Assembly: GCA_900763995.1 (NCBI GenBank)
Contig: CAAFMK010000036.1
Coordinates: 1 to 55,588 of the forward strand
Reading direction: 5' to 3'
Source of the DNA: an uncultured Oscillospiraceae bacterium
Lineage (GTDB): Bacteria > Bacillota > Clostridia > Oscillospirales > Oscillospiraceae
DNA length: 55,588 bases
Position numbers and translations under genes: made by a program. How positions within the stretch are numbered: position 1 is the stretch's first letter; each line of letters begins with the position of its first letter. The notes under the pieces were generated by a model. It made no database searches. It was not told the origin of the DNA and was given only the letters and a program-made list of their open reading frames with translations. Of the stretch, positions 18,506 through 28,300 are shown one piece after another.

Positions 18506-19828
18506 TTAGACAAACTGGGCAGCGATGATGGCAGCCAGCATCAGGGGGATATTGAAGTGCAGGAATGTGGGCACGCAGGTATCCCAGATGTGGTCGTGCT
18601 GACCATCGGCGTTCAGACCGGATGTGGGGCCCAGGGTCGTGTCGGAAGCGGGGGAGCCGGCATCGCCCAGAGCAGCAGCGGCAGACATCAGAATGATGGT
18701 AGCAGCGGGGGAGAAACCGATACTGTCACACATAGGCACGAACAGAACCGCCAGAACGGGAACAGTACCAAAGGAGGTACCAATGCCCATGGTGACCAGC
18801 AGGCCGATCAGAGTGATCACGACAGCTGCAATGATCTTGCTGCCGCCCATGGCGTGGATACCGGCATCAACCAGAGCCACAACACCGCCAGTGGCCTTCA
18901 TCACGCTGGCGTAGCCGCCGGCGACCAGCATCACGAATGCGATCAGGCCCATCAGCTGAACGCCGCCAGCCAGCTGGTCATCGATCTCGTTCCACTTGAT
19001 GGCACCCAGGAGGATCATCACGATCAGGCCAGTCAGAGCGGACAGAGCCAGGTCCTGGCTGAAGATCTGCACGACGACCACAACAACGATAGCCAGCAGG
19101 GTCACATAGTGACGGGTCTCCAGGGTCTCGGAAATAGCATCAGAAGCAGAGGTATCAGCCTCCAGCATCTTGTACTCACGGGGCTTGCGGTAAGAAATAA
19201 AGATAGCAATCAGCAGACCAACGAACATGGCCACAGCCAGGATCCAGTTTACGCTGGCAACATCGCTGACGGTGACGGTCATGCCGTTCTGAGTCAGGTT
19301 ATCGGCAATGATGCCCTGGAAGATCAGGCCGAAGCCGAAGGGGATGGCGATGTAGGGAGCCTTATGACCAAAAGCAAGCGTACAGGCCACAGCGCGGCGG
19401 TCCAGCTTCATCTTGTTCATCATGGCCAGCATGGGGGGGATCAGAATGGGGATGTAAGCGATGTGGATGGGGATGAGGTTCTGAGACAGGCAGGCGATCA
19501 GGCAGATCATGGCCAGCAGGATCAGCTTGTTGCCGCCGATAATCCGGGACATCTTCTTGGAGAGGATGTCAGCAAGACCAGTGGAAGCAATGGCAGTGGC
19601 AAAGGTACCAAGCAGGACATAAGCCAGAGCAGTGGTAGCGTTGCCGGAGAAGCCGCCGGTCAGCAGACCCATGATGGTGTCGCCTTCCTCAGCATAGATG
19701 GGGATACCGCCTACCAGGCCGCCCACCACACAGGCGATCAGCATAGCCAGCAGCACATTCAGCTTCAGCAAGCTGAGCACGCACAGGACTACAACTGATA
19801 TGGTTACTGGGTTAAGTAAAATTTCCAT
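18506..19828 (-). CDS. YuiF-like Na+/H+ antiporter-family amino-acid (putative histidine) transporter
   Basis: Multi-TM protein; SQNLIPIHIAYIPILIPP, LDRRAVAC, TMGIGTSFGT, GDAGSPASDTTLGPTSGLNADGQHDHIWDTC. Confidence 0.85.
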   Translation of the reverse strand: MEILLNPVTISVVVLCVLSLLKLNVLLAMLIACVVGGLVGGIPIYAEEGDTIMGLLTGGFSGNATTALAYVLLGTFATAIASTGLADILSKKMSRIIGGNKLILLAMICLIACLSQNLIPIHIAYIPILIPPMLAMMNKMKLDRRAVACTLAFGHKAPYIAIPFGFGLIFQGIIADNLTQNGMTVTVSDVASVNWILAVAMFVGLLIAIFISYRKPREYKMLEADTSASDAISETLETRHYVTLLAIVVVVVVQIFSQDLALSALTGLIVMILLGAIKWNEIDDQLAGGVQLMGLIAFVMLVAGGYASVMKATGGVVALVDAGIHAMGGSKIIAAVVITLIGLLVTMGIGTSFGTVPVLAVLFVPMCDSIGFSPAATIILMSAAAALGDAGSPASDTTLGPTSGLNADGQHDHIWDTCVPTFLHFNIPLMLAAIIAAQFV

Positions 19829-19989
19829 AAATTGTTACCCCTCTTTCTTCTTTCCTCTTACGATGACATCTTGGAATTTCAGCCGCCCCCCTGGTGCACA
19901 TTGTATCTTCTTCCATCCCAAATTGGTCTGCGCCTAAAAGAAGTTCCTTCGACACCGGGGGCCTCTGGGCCTAAATTCCGTATGAGCAT

Positions 19990-20018
19990 ATCATAGCACA
20001 GCTTTTGTATAAAATCAA
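19990..20018 (-). promoter_or_regulatory. Promoter of the transporter-hutH operon
   Basis: Minus strand TTGATT-17 nt-TATGAT with extended TG. Confidence 0.65.
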
Positions 20019-20227
20019 TAAAAACTTTCCCCATTCCAAAAACTTATTTGTGCTTCATTTCAATTTCACCCCGCTTTACCGATACTTGATTGTATCACTG
20101 TAATAGTATATGAAATCAACCTATTTTATACTATATGCTGAATAGACCCATTTTATGTTAAGTCTTATCGGAACTTCACTTTCTTTCCCGCCCATTCTCG
20201 CCCAAAAGGCCCCGGCGGGATTTTATC

Positions 20228-20257
20228 TTGAAGATAAGTGTGGGGATATGATATAAT
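20228..20257 (+). promoter_or_regulatory. Promoter of the recJ operon
   Basis: TTGAAG-18 nt-TATAAT with extended TG. Confidence 0.6.
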
Positions 20258-20323
20258 AAGGGTGTTGCCTCAGACCAATTGGGTCTGTTTTGTGATAATT
20301 TACAACTGGGGGGTGGCCCACCA

Positions 20324-22390
20324 ATGAGATATAAACACTGGCAGGTGGCATCCCCCTGCCCAGAGGGTCAGCAGGCCCTGGAGCAGGCTGGTCTGCCCCC
20401 TCTGCTGGCCAGTCTGCTGGCGGCCCGGGGAGTGACTCAGCCCGCCCAGGCCCAGCAGCTGCTGACCCCGCATATCCGCCCACTTTTAGATTCATTCCTC
20501 CTCAAGGATATGGATCGGGCCGCCGCCCGGGTGCATCTGGCTCTGGAGCGCAATGAGCATATTGCTGTATATGGGGACTATGATGTGGACGGCATCACCG
20601 CCACCTGCCTGCTCACCCAGTTTCTCCGGGGGCAGGGCGGATGGGTATCCCCCTATATTCCCTGTCGTCTGGAGGAGGGCTATGGCCTGAATGCAGAGGC
20701 CATCCAGACTCTGGCCAGTCAGGGGGTCACCCTGATCATCACTGTGGACTGCGGCATCACCGCCGTGGCGGAGGTGGAGCTGGCCAATTCCCTCGGGGTC
20801 GAGGTGGTCATCACCGATCACCACACCTGCAAGGAGGCTCTGCCCCCCGCTGTGGCCGTGGTAGACCCCCACCGGCCCGGCTGCCCCTACCCCTTTAAGG
20901 GACTGGCCGGGGTGGGCGTGGCCCTGAAGCTGGCACTGGCGGTGGCCGGCCCGGAGGGTGCCCCACAGGTACTGCGGGACTCCTGCGATCTGGCCGCCGT
21001 GGGCACTGTGGCTGATGTGATGCCTATGACAGGGGAAAACCGGGCCATTGTCAGCCTGGGGCTGCAGGCCCTCAATCCAGCCAGACGGCTGGGCCTTGCC
21101 AGCCTCATTCGTTGCTCTGGGCTGGAGGATAAGACCATCAGCTCTGTCTCAGTGGGCTACACCCTGGCCCCCCGCATCAACGCCTCTGGCCGCATGGGCC
21201 GGGCGGAGGTGGCCATGGAACTGCTTCTCACCGACGACCCCGCCAGAGCCGAGGAGCTGGCCCTGGCACTGTGTGAGCTCAACCGGGCACGCCAGGGCCT
21301 GGAGAGTGAGATCTTTCAGGAGTGTGTCCACCATCTGACCGCTGCCCCCCAGCGGGGGGCCATTGTTTTGGCCGGAGAGCACTGGCACCAGGGTGTGGTG
21401 GGTATCGTAGCCTCCCGTCTGACAGAAAAATACACCTGCCCCTGCTTTATGATCTGTCTGGATCAGGGGATGGGCAAGGGCTCCTGCCGCTCCTGGGGGG
21501 GCGTGAACCTCTTTGAGATGCTCTGCTCCTGCTCCCATCTGCTGGAGGACTTTGGAGGACACGCCCTGGCTGCCGGATTTACGGTGAAAGAGGAAAATAT
21601 TCCAGCACTGGGGCAGGCATTGCGCCAGTGTCTGATGGAAAAGGGACAGGGGGACACCCTGCCCTCTGTGTTGGATGTGGATCTTGCGGTACAGCCCCAT
21701 ATGCTCACTGTGGAGTCTGTCACCTCTCTGGATCTGCTGGAGCCCTGCGGCAATGGCAATCCCCGCCCCGTCTTTTTGCTGCGGGGGGCCCAGGTACACA
21801 CCCTGTCCCAGGTGGGCCGGGGCCGGCATTTAAAGCTGCGGCTGGAGTCCCGGGGCCGGACACTGGATGCCATCTGGTTCTCTGCTGACCAGTGTGAGGA
21901 GGGCCTTTACCCGGGATGCCGGGTGGATGTGGTCTTTTACCCTCAGATCAACGAGTTTCGGGGGGAGCGCTCCGTCCAGCTGCAGGTGGTGGATCTGCGT
22001 GTGGTACCCTCAAGGGCCCAGCTGGAGCAGGCCATCTATGATAAATTCCGTACAGGGGAGGAGCTCACCGTTCAGGAGGCAGAATTTCTTCTGCCCAGCC
22101 GGGAGGAGTTTGCCAGCCTGTGGCGGTGGCTGAAGCGGCAGTCCTCCGCTGGCACTGTGGTGGAGGATACCCCAGCCCACATCGCCCGGGCGGTCTCCCG
22201 TGCCAGCCGCCAGCGTGAAATCCCCACCCATACCATGCTGTGTCTGGAGGTCATGGAGGAGCGGGGGCTGATCCACCTGAGCCAGTGTACCAACCGCCTG
22301 CAAATCACTCTGCGGCCTGTGGAGCGCAAGGTGGATCTGGAGGCCTCTGTTATCCTAAAGCGCCTGAGAAAGGCCCTTGAACGGCCATAG
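20324..22390 (+). CDS. recJ: Single-stranded-DNA-specific exonuclease RecJ
   Basis: YGDYDVDG, TVDCG, TDHH, GTVADV, PRINA, GSCRS, GGHALAAG. Confidence 0.96.
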   Translation: MRYKHWQVASPCPEGQQALEQAGLPPLLASLLAARGVTQPAQAQQLLTPHIRPLLDSFLLKDMDRAAARVHLALERNEHIAVYGDYDVDGITATCLLTQFLRGQGGWVSPYIPCRLEEGYGLNAEAIQTLASQGVTLIITVDCGITAVAEVELANSLGVEVVITDHHTCKEALPPAVAVVDPHRPGCPYPFKGLAGVGVALKLALAVAGPEGAPQVLRDSCDLAAVGTVADVMPMTGENRAIVSLGLQALNPARRLGLASLIRCSGLEDKTISSVSVGYTLAPRINASGRMGRAEVAMELLLTDDPARAEELALALCELNRARQGLESEIFQECVHHLTAAPQRGAIVLAGEHWHQGVVGIVASRLTEKYTCPCFMICLDQGMGKGSCRSWGGVNLFEMLCSCSHLLEDFGGHALAAGFTVKEENIPALGQALRQCLMEKGQGDTLPSVLDVDLAVQPHMLTVESVTSLDLLEPCGNGNPRPVFLLRGAQVHTLSQVGRGRHLKLRLESRGRTLDAIWFSADQCEEGLYPGCRVDVVFYPQINEFRGERSVQLQVVDLRVVPSRAQLEQAIYDKFRTGEELTVQEAEFLLPSREEFASLWRWLKRQSSAGTVVEDTPAHIARAVSRASRQREIPTHTMLCLEVMEERGLIHLSQCTNRLQITLRPVERKVDLEASVILKRLRKALERP

Positions 22391-22426
22391 TCTCCCAATG
22401 CCCCACATTTCCATGAGGTGATTTAT

Positions 22427-24658
22427 ATGGATCCTATTTTAGAGCGTTATCACGCTTTAGAGCGAAAACTATCAACCTATACCACAAATTTAGACAGCAA
22501 GCGGCTGTTTGACGCCTTTACCTACGCTGACGCCGCACACCATGGGCAGCTGCGCAAAAGCGGTGAGCCCTATATCATCCACCCCATCGCCGTGGCCGAG
22601 ATCGTGGCCGATCTGGAGCTGGATGTGGACAGTGTGATCGCTGCCCTGCTCCACGACTGCATCGAGGACACCGCCTCCACCCACGAGGAGATCGCCAAAA
22701 AGTTTGGTGCCACTGTGGCAGAGCTGGTGGAGGGTGTGACCAAGCTGACCCGTGTGCAGTATGTGACCAAGGAAGAGGAGCAGATGGAAAATCTGCGCAA
22801 AATGCTCATCGCCATGAGCCACGACATCCGGGTCATCCTGATTAAAGTATGCGATCGGCTCCATAATATGCGCACCATGGAGTACCAGTCCCCCAAAAAA
22901 CAGCGGGAAAAAAGTCTGGAGACTATGGAGATCTACGCCCCCATCGCCCACCGCCTTGGTATGCAGAAGGTGAAGTGGGAGCTGGAGGATCTGTCCCTGC
23001 GCTACCTGGACCCCATTGGATACAAGGAGATCGAGGATCAGCTCACCGAGCGCTCCGCCGCCCATGAGGAGTTCTTGGCCAGCATCCAGCACCGCATCCA
23101 GCAGCGGCTGGCCCAGGAGGGCATCCACTGCACCGTCTATGGCCGGGTGAAGCACATCTACTCCATCTACCGCAAAATGTACGCCCAGAACAAGACCTTG
23201 CATGAGATCTTTGACCTGTACGCTTTTCGGGTCATCGTGGATGACATCCCCGAGTGCTACAATGTGCTGGGCTGTATCCACGATATGTTCAAGCCTGTGC
23301 TGGGCCGATTCAAGGACTATATCGGCACCCCCAAGCCCAATATGTATCAGTCCCTCCACACCACGGTCATCGGCCGGGAGGGCATCCCCTTTGAGGTGCA
23401 GATCCGCACCTGGGAGATGCACCAGACCGCTGAGTACGGCGTGGCCGCCCACTGGAAGTACAAGCAGGGGATGGCCAACCGGAATCTGGGCACCGAGCAG
23501 GAGTTTGAGTGGGTGCGGAAACTGCTGGAGAGCCAGCAGGACACCGATGCTGAGGAATTTGTCAGCACCATGAAGGTGGATCTGTTCGCCGATGAGGTCT
23601 TTGTCTTTACCCCCAACGGCGATGTGGTCAACCTCCCCGCCGGGGCCACCCCCATCGACTACGCCTACAATATCCACTCCGCCATTGGCAACAGCATGGT
23701 GGGCGCACGGGTCAACGGGCGCATGGTGCCCTATGAGACCACCTTGAAAAATGGCGATATTGTAGAGGTGCTCACCTCCAAATCCGCCAAGGGGCCCAGC
23801 CGTGACTGGCTGAAGCTGTGTAAGTCCAACGAGGCCCGGAACAAGATCCGCCAGTGGTTTAAAAAGGAGCGCCGGGAGGAGAATATCGCCACTGGCCGCT
23901 CCGCCTTTGAGTCAGAGCTCAAGCATGCCAAGCTGACCCTCACCGCCATCACCGCAGAGGAGGTTCTCCCCCACATCCTGCACAAGGTGCGGTGCAACAC
24001 CCTGGATGAGCTGTACGCCTCCATCGGCTACGGGGGCACCACCGCCGCCAAGGCCGTGGCCAGGGTGCGGGATGAGATGCTGCGCCTGGGCCGGGTGCAG
24101 GCGGAAAAGGCCGCCGCTGCCGCCTCCAAGGCCATCACAGATCCCATTATTGTCCCCAGTCCCCCCACCCATCCCCATGCGGTGGGTTCGGTCAAGTCCG
24201 ACTCCGGCATTGTGGTGGAAGGGATGGGCAACTGCCTGGTCAAGTTTGCCAAATGCTGTACCCCCGTCCCCGGCGACCCCATTGTTGGCTTTATCACCCG
24301 TGGATACGGCGTGTCTGTCCACCGGTGCGACTGCCCCAACGCCGACCCCGACCGGCGCAAGCCCGATGAGGAGGCCCGCTGGGTCAAGGTCTCCTGGGCG
24401 GAGAGCAAGCTGCCCATCTATAAAACAGCTGTGGAGCTGTCCTCCAAAGATCGGGACAATCTGACGCTGGATGTGGCCATGGCCCTGTCTGCGGCCAAGG
24501 TCAAAGTCACCGCCCTGTCCGCCCGCTCCATGCCGGACGGTCATGCGGTGGTCAATATGGTGCTGGAGGTCAAGGACAAAGCGGAACTGGCCACTGTCAT
24601 CAACAAGCTCAACAATATTCAGGGCGTATACCATGTGGCGCGCTCATCTGGAAAGTAG
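22427..24658 (+). CDS. relA: Bifunctional (p)ppGpp synthetase/hydrolase
   Basis: RKSGEPYIIHP, LLHDCIED, DRLHNMRT, YQSLHT, EVQIRT, AAHWKYK, TGS and ACT domains. Confidence 0.97.
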   Translation: MDPILERYHALERKLSTYTTNLDSKRLFDAFTYADAAHHGQLRKSGEPYIIHPIAVAEIVADLELDVDSVIAALLHDCIEDTASTHEEIAKKFGATVAELVEGVTKLTRVQYVTKEEEQMENLRKMLIAMSHDIRVILIKVCDRLHNMRTMEYQSPKKQREKSLETMEIYAPIAHRLGMQKVKWELEDLSLRYLDPIGYKEIEDQLTERSAAHEEFLASIQHRIQQRLAQEGIHCTVYGRVKHIYSIYRKMYAQNKTLHEIFDLYAFRVIVDDIPECYNVLGCIHDMFKPVLGRFKDYIGTPKPNMYQSLHTTVIGREGIPFEVQIRTWEMHQTAEYGVAAHWKYKQGMANRNLGTEQEFEWVRKLLESQQDTDAEEFVSTMKVDLFADEVFVFTPNGDVVNLPAGATPIDYAYNIHSAIGNSMVGARVNGRMVPYETTLKNGDIVEVLTSKSAKGPSRDWLKLCKSNEARNKIRQWFKKERREENIATGRSAFESELKHAKLTLTAITAEEVLPHILHKVRCNTLDELYASIGYGGTTAAKAVARVRDEMLRLGRVQAEKAAAAASKAITDPIIVPSPPTHPHAVGSVKSDSGIVVEGMGNCLVKFAKCCTPVPGDPIVGFITRGYGVSVHRCDCPNADPDRRKPDEEARWVKVSWAESKLPIYKTAVELSSKDRDNLTLDVAMALSAAKVKVTALSARSMPDGHAVVNMVLEVKDKAELATVINKLNNIQGVYHVARSSGK

Positions 24659-24669
24659 GGGGATTTGCT

Positions 24670-25110
24670 ATGCGAGCAGTTGTGACCCGTGTCTCCTCCG
24701 CCTCTGTCACCATTGACAAACAGGTGGTGGGGGCCATTGACAGGGGCTATCTGGTGTTGTTGGGGGTGGGCCCTGACGACACTGAGGCTGTATGTGATAA
24801 ACTGGCAGAAAAAATCTGCAATCTGCGGGTATTTGAGGATGAACAGGGTAAAATGAATCAAAACCTGGAGCAGGTGGGGGGTGCACTGCTGGTGGTGTCC
24901 CAATTCACTCTGTACGCTGACACCTCCTCCCGCCGCCCCGGCTTCTCCCGGGCGGCCAAGCCGGATCTGGCCATCCCCCTGTATGAGCATTTTCTGGAGC
25001 AGTGCCGCCAGCGTGGCTTCCAGGTGGAGCACGGGCAGTTTGGCGCTGATATGCAGGTGGCCTCGGTCAACGATGGGCCGGTGACCATTTTATATGATAC
25101 CCAACAGTAG
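24670..25110 (+). CDS. dtd: D-aminoacyl-tRNA deacylase
   Basis: SQFTL, RRPGF, NDGPVT. Confidence 0.96.
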   Translation: MRAVVTRVSSASVTIDKQVVGAIDRGYLVLLGVGPDDTEAVCDKLAEKICNLRVFEDEQGKMNQNLEQVGGALLVVSQFTLYADTSSRRPGFSRAAKPDLAIPLYEHFLEQCRQRGFQVEHGQFGADMQVASVNDGPVTILYDTQQ

Positions 25111-25121
25111 GAGGCATTTTT

Positions 25122-25733
25122 ATGAAAGTGAAGGTCATTCCAGTTGGCCCGATCCAGACCAACTGTTACATTTTAGAGGATGAGTCAGCCCACATTGCCG
25201 CCATCATCGATCCCGGCGAGGAGGCCCAGCGGATTTTGTCCCTCATTGGGCCGGACACCAAGGTGGAGTATATCCTTCTGACCCATGGTCACTACGACCA
25301 CACCACCGCCGTCCCCCAGCTCCACGCCGCCCTCCCCGATGCAAAAATGTATATCCATCCCGCCGATGCCCACGGAGCTGGCAGCCGCCTGTTCCCTCTG
25401 GCCAGTCAGGTGGATGATCTGCTTGTCTACAACGAGGGGGATACCCTGCCCTTTGGGGATCTGACCATTGAGGTACTCCACACCCCCGGACACTCCCCAG
25501 GCTCTGTGGTGCTGAAGGTGGGGGAGGTGCTCTTCACAGGGGACACCCTCTTTGCCGGGGACTGTGGCCGCACCGACCTGCCCGGGGGCAGCTATGAGGA
25601 GATCCTCCAGTCCCTTAAGCGGCTGGGCCAGCTGGAGGGGAATTTCCATGTGTGCCCAGGCCATGGGGCCAGCTCCACCCTGGAGCACGAGCGGCAGCAC
25701 AATCCCTATCTGCGGGAGGCTATGGCCCATTGA
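25122..25733 (+). CDS. MBL-fold metallohydrolase (glyoxalase II-like)
   Basis: THGHYDH, HTPGHSPG, TGDTLF, PGHG. Confidence 0.92.
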   Translation: MKVKVIPVGPIQTNCYILEDESAHIAAIIDPGEEAQRILSLIGPDTKVEYILLTHGHYDHTTAVPQLHAALPDAKMYIHPADAHGAGSRLFPLASQVDDLLVYNEGDTLPFGDLTIEVLHTPGHSPGSVVLKVGEVLFTGDTLFAGDCGRTDLPGGSYEEILQSLKRLGQLEGNFHVCPGHGASSTLEHERQHNPYLREAMAH

Positions 25734-27235
25734 AGCTCTATTTTGATCCTGCTCCCGCCCTGTGGCAGCCTGAGCGCTTCCACTACGCCGCCGAGCAGAT
25801 GATGCTCACCCTATTTCCCGGGGAAAAACCAGAATACCCTGCCCAGCCGCCCCATACAGTAGAGGAGGGGCTGTACACCCGGTTCACTCTGGAGCGAGCT
25901 GGCGATCGCGGGGTATTGACTGTCCATGTGGGGCAGGGTGAACAGCAGACCTGCGCTCAGTACACCTTTCCCGCCCAGGAACTGGAACAGGGGACGGAGC
26001 AGGTCTACCACACCATACAGTACACCCTGAAGCTGGCCTTTTACCAGGCGGGCACCGCCCTGCTGGGGAGACAGCCCCCCTGGGGTGCCCTCACCGGGGT
26101 GCGCCCGGTAAAACTGCCCACCCGGGCCATGGCGGCCGGGGCCACACCGGAGGAGGCACAGCACCAGCTGGAGGAGGAGTACCATGTCTCCCCCCAGAAG
26201 GCCCAGCTGGCTGTGGACTGTGCCAAGGCCAGTCTGGCGGCCCAGCAGTCTTTAAAGGACAAAGAGGTCTCCTTGTACATCGGCATCCCCTTTTGTCCCA
26301 CCCGCTGTGCCTACTGCTCCTTTGTCTGCGCCGATGTGGGCCGGACTTTAAAGCTGGTGCCCCCCTATCTGGACGCCCTGTTGGACGAGGTGGAGGGCAT
26401 CGCCCAGGTCATGGACAAAACCGGGCTGTCCATCCGCTCCTTTTACATTGGGGGCGGCACCCCCACCACTTTAAGTGCAGAGCAGATGGATCGGCTGCTG
26501 ACCCGGTGCAGACAGGTGCTCCCCCTGTCAAGCTGTACCGAGTACACGGTGGAGGCCGGCCGGCCAGATACCATCACCAGAGAAAAGCTGGAGGTGCTCA
26601 AGGCCCATGACATTGGCCGCATCTCCATCAATCCACAGACCATGGAAAACCCCGTTCTGGCCGCCATTGGCCGCCACCACACCGCTGAGGACATTCGGCA
26701 GGCCTATGATCTGGCCCGTCAGGTGGGCTTTTCCTGTATCAACATGGATCTCATCGCCGGACTCCCCCGGGACAGTGTGGCGGGCTTTTGCCGCTCCCTT
26801 GAGGAGGTGGTGGCCATGTCCCCGGAAAATATCACCGTCCACACCCTGGCTTTGAAACGGGGCTCCACCCTGATGGCACAGGGCGGCACCCTCCCCACCG
26901 GGGCGGATGTGGCCCAGATGCTGGACTTCTCCCGGCAGACCCTGTCTGCGCAGGGCTACCTGCCCTACTACCTGTACCGGCAAAAATATATGTCCGGCTC
27001 ACTGGAAAATGTGGGCTGGGCCAAGCCCGGTACCCAGAGCCTTTATAATATGGTTATGATGGAGGAGCTGCACACCGTCATCTCTCTGGGCGGCGGCGGG
27101 GTAACCAAGCTCATCGACCCCAAAAACGGAAAGCTGCTCCGTCTGTCCAATCCCAAATATCCCCATGACTACCTGTCCGCCAGGGAAAAGCTGGCCGGGC
27201 AGCGGCAGGCCATCGCCGCCTTTTATTCCCGCTAA
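25730..27235 (+). CDS. hemZ: Radical SAM protein HemZ
   Basis: WGALTGVRP, CPTRCAYC, GGGTPT, YTVEAGRPD, YYLYRQK; TTG start overlaps the upstream stop. Confidence 0.9.
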   Translation: MKLYFDPAPALWQPERFHYAAEQMMLTLFPGEKPEYPAQPPHTVEEGLYTRFTLERAGDRGVLTVHVGQGEQQTCAQYTFPAQELEQGTEQVYHTIQYTLKLAFYQAGTALLGRQPPWGALTGVRPVKLPTRAMAAGATPEEAQHQLEEEYHVSPQKAQLAVDCAKASLAAQQSLKDKEVSLYIGIPFCPTRCAYCSFVCADVGRTLKLVPPYLDALLDEVEGIAQVMDKTGLSIRSFYIGGGTPTTLSAEQMDRLLTRCRQVLPLSSCTEYTVEAGRPDTITREKLEVLKAHDIGRISINPQTMENPVLAAIGRHHTAEDIRQAYDLARQVGFSCINMDLIAGLPRDSVAGFCRSLEEVVAMSPENITVHTLALKRGSTLMAQGGTLPTGADVAQMLDFSRQTLSAQGYLPYYLYRQKYMSGSLENVGWAKPGTQSLYNMVMMEELHTVISLGGGGVTKLIDPKNGKLLRLSNPKYPHDYLSAREKLAGQRQAIAAFYSR

Positions 27236-27269
27236 AATGGTATGGCGCACTGTGGAAAGGAGTATTTTT

Positions 27270-28208
27270 ATGGCTTATCAACTACAGGAGATCAACCGGC
27301 GCATCCAATCTGATGTGACAGAATTTCTGGCCGAGTGTGACCAGTCTTACGCCCAGCGTGTCTCGCTGGCCACAGACAAGATCCTATCCAATTTGGATAA
27401 CAGCCCCATTGTGCTGTTGTCCGGCCCATCTGGCTCAGGTAAGACCACCACAGCCATGAAAATCGCAGAGGAGCTCCAGCACCGGGGGGTCAATTCCCGG
27501 GCGGTGGCTATGGACAACTACTTCAAAACCCTCAACCGGAAAACCGCCCCCCGCACACCGGACGGTGACATAGACTACGAGTCCCCGTTGTGCATGGATA
27601 TGGATCTGCTGGATGAGCACTTCACCGCCCTGTCCAAGGGGGAGGAGATCCTCATTCCCAAGTTTGAGTTTGCCCGCCAGATGCGCAACGACACCATGGG
27701 CACCCCCATGAAGCTGGAGAAAAACGAGATCGCCATTTTCGAGGGTATCCACGCCCTGAATGACGACATTGCCGGCCGCCACCCTGAGGCCACCAAGCTC
27801 TACATCTCCGCCCACTCCAATGTGAACGAGGGGGCCATCCTCCGCTTTAAGGGCACCTGGATGCGGCTGACCCGCCGGGCGGTGCGGGACTACAGCTTCC
27901 GTGGCACTGAGGTGGCCCAGACCCTTGATATGTGGGCCAATGTCCGCCGGGGTGAGAAGCTGTACATCTCCCCTTACAAAAACCGGGCGGATATTATGTT
28001 TGACTCCTCCCTGCCCTATGAGGTCTCTGTGATGAAAAACTACGCCATCCCCATCCTCCAAAGTGTGCCAGAGGAGAACGAGCGCCACGATGAGATGCTT
28101 CAGCTGGTGGAGGCCTTCCAGTATTTTGAGGCCATTGACCCCGCTCTGGTGGCCAAGGACTCTCTGCTCCGGGAATTTATTGGGGGCGGGGGCTATAGCT
28201 ACCACTAA
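27270..28208 (+). CDS. Nucleoside (uridine) kinase-family P-loop protein
   Basis: SGPSGSGKTT, DNYF, EGIHALN, RRAVRD, VRRGE..I.PY. Confidence 0.85.
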   Translation: MAYQLQEINRRIQSDVTEFLAECDQSYAQRVSLATDKILSNLDNSPIVLLSGPSGSGKTTTAMKIAEELQHRGVNSRAVAMDNYFKTLNRKTAPRTPDGDIDYESPLCMDMDLLDEHFTALSKGEEILIPKFEFARQMRNDTMGTPMKLEKNEIAIFEGIHALNDDIAGRHPEATKLYISAHSNVNEGAILRFKGTWMRLTRRAVRDYSFRGTEVAQTLDMWANVRRGEKLYISPYKNRADIMFDSSLPYEVSVMKNYAIPILQSVPEENERHDEMLQLVEAFQYFEAIDPALVAKDSLLREFIGGGGYSYH

Positions 28209-28300
28209 AAGGGGCCATACTGGAAGGGTGTGCCCCTCTTTCCCCGACAGTATCTTCATCCCTGCTGTCTCTTTGCAGCAGCGTATTCGGAGTGATCGCT

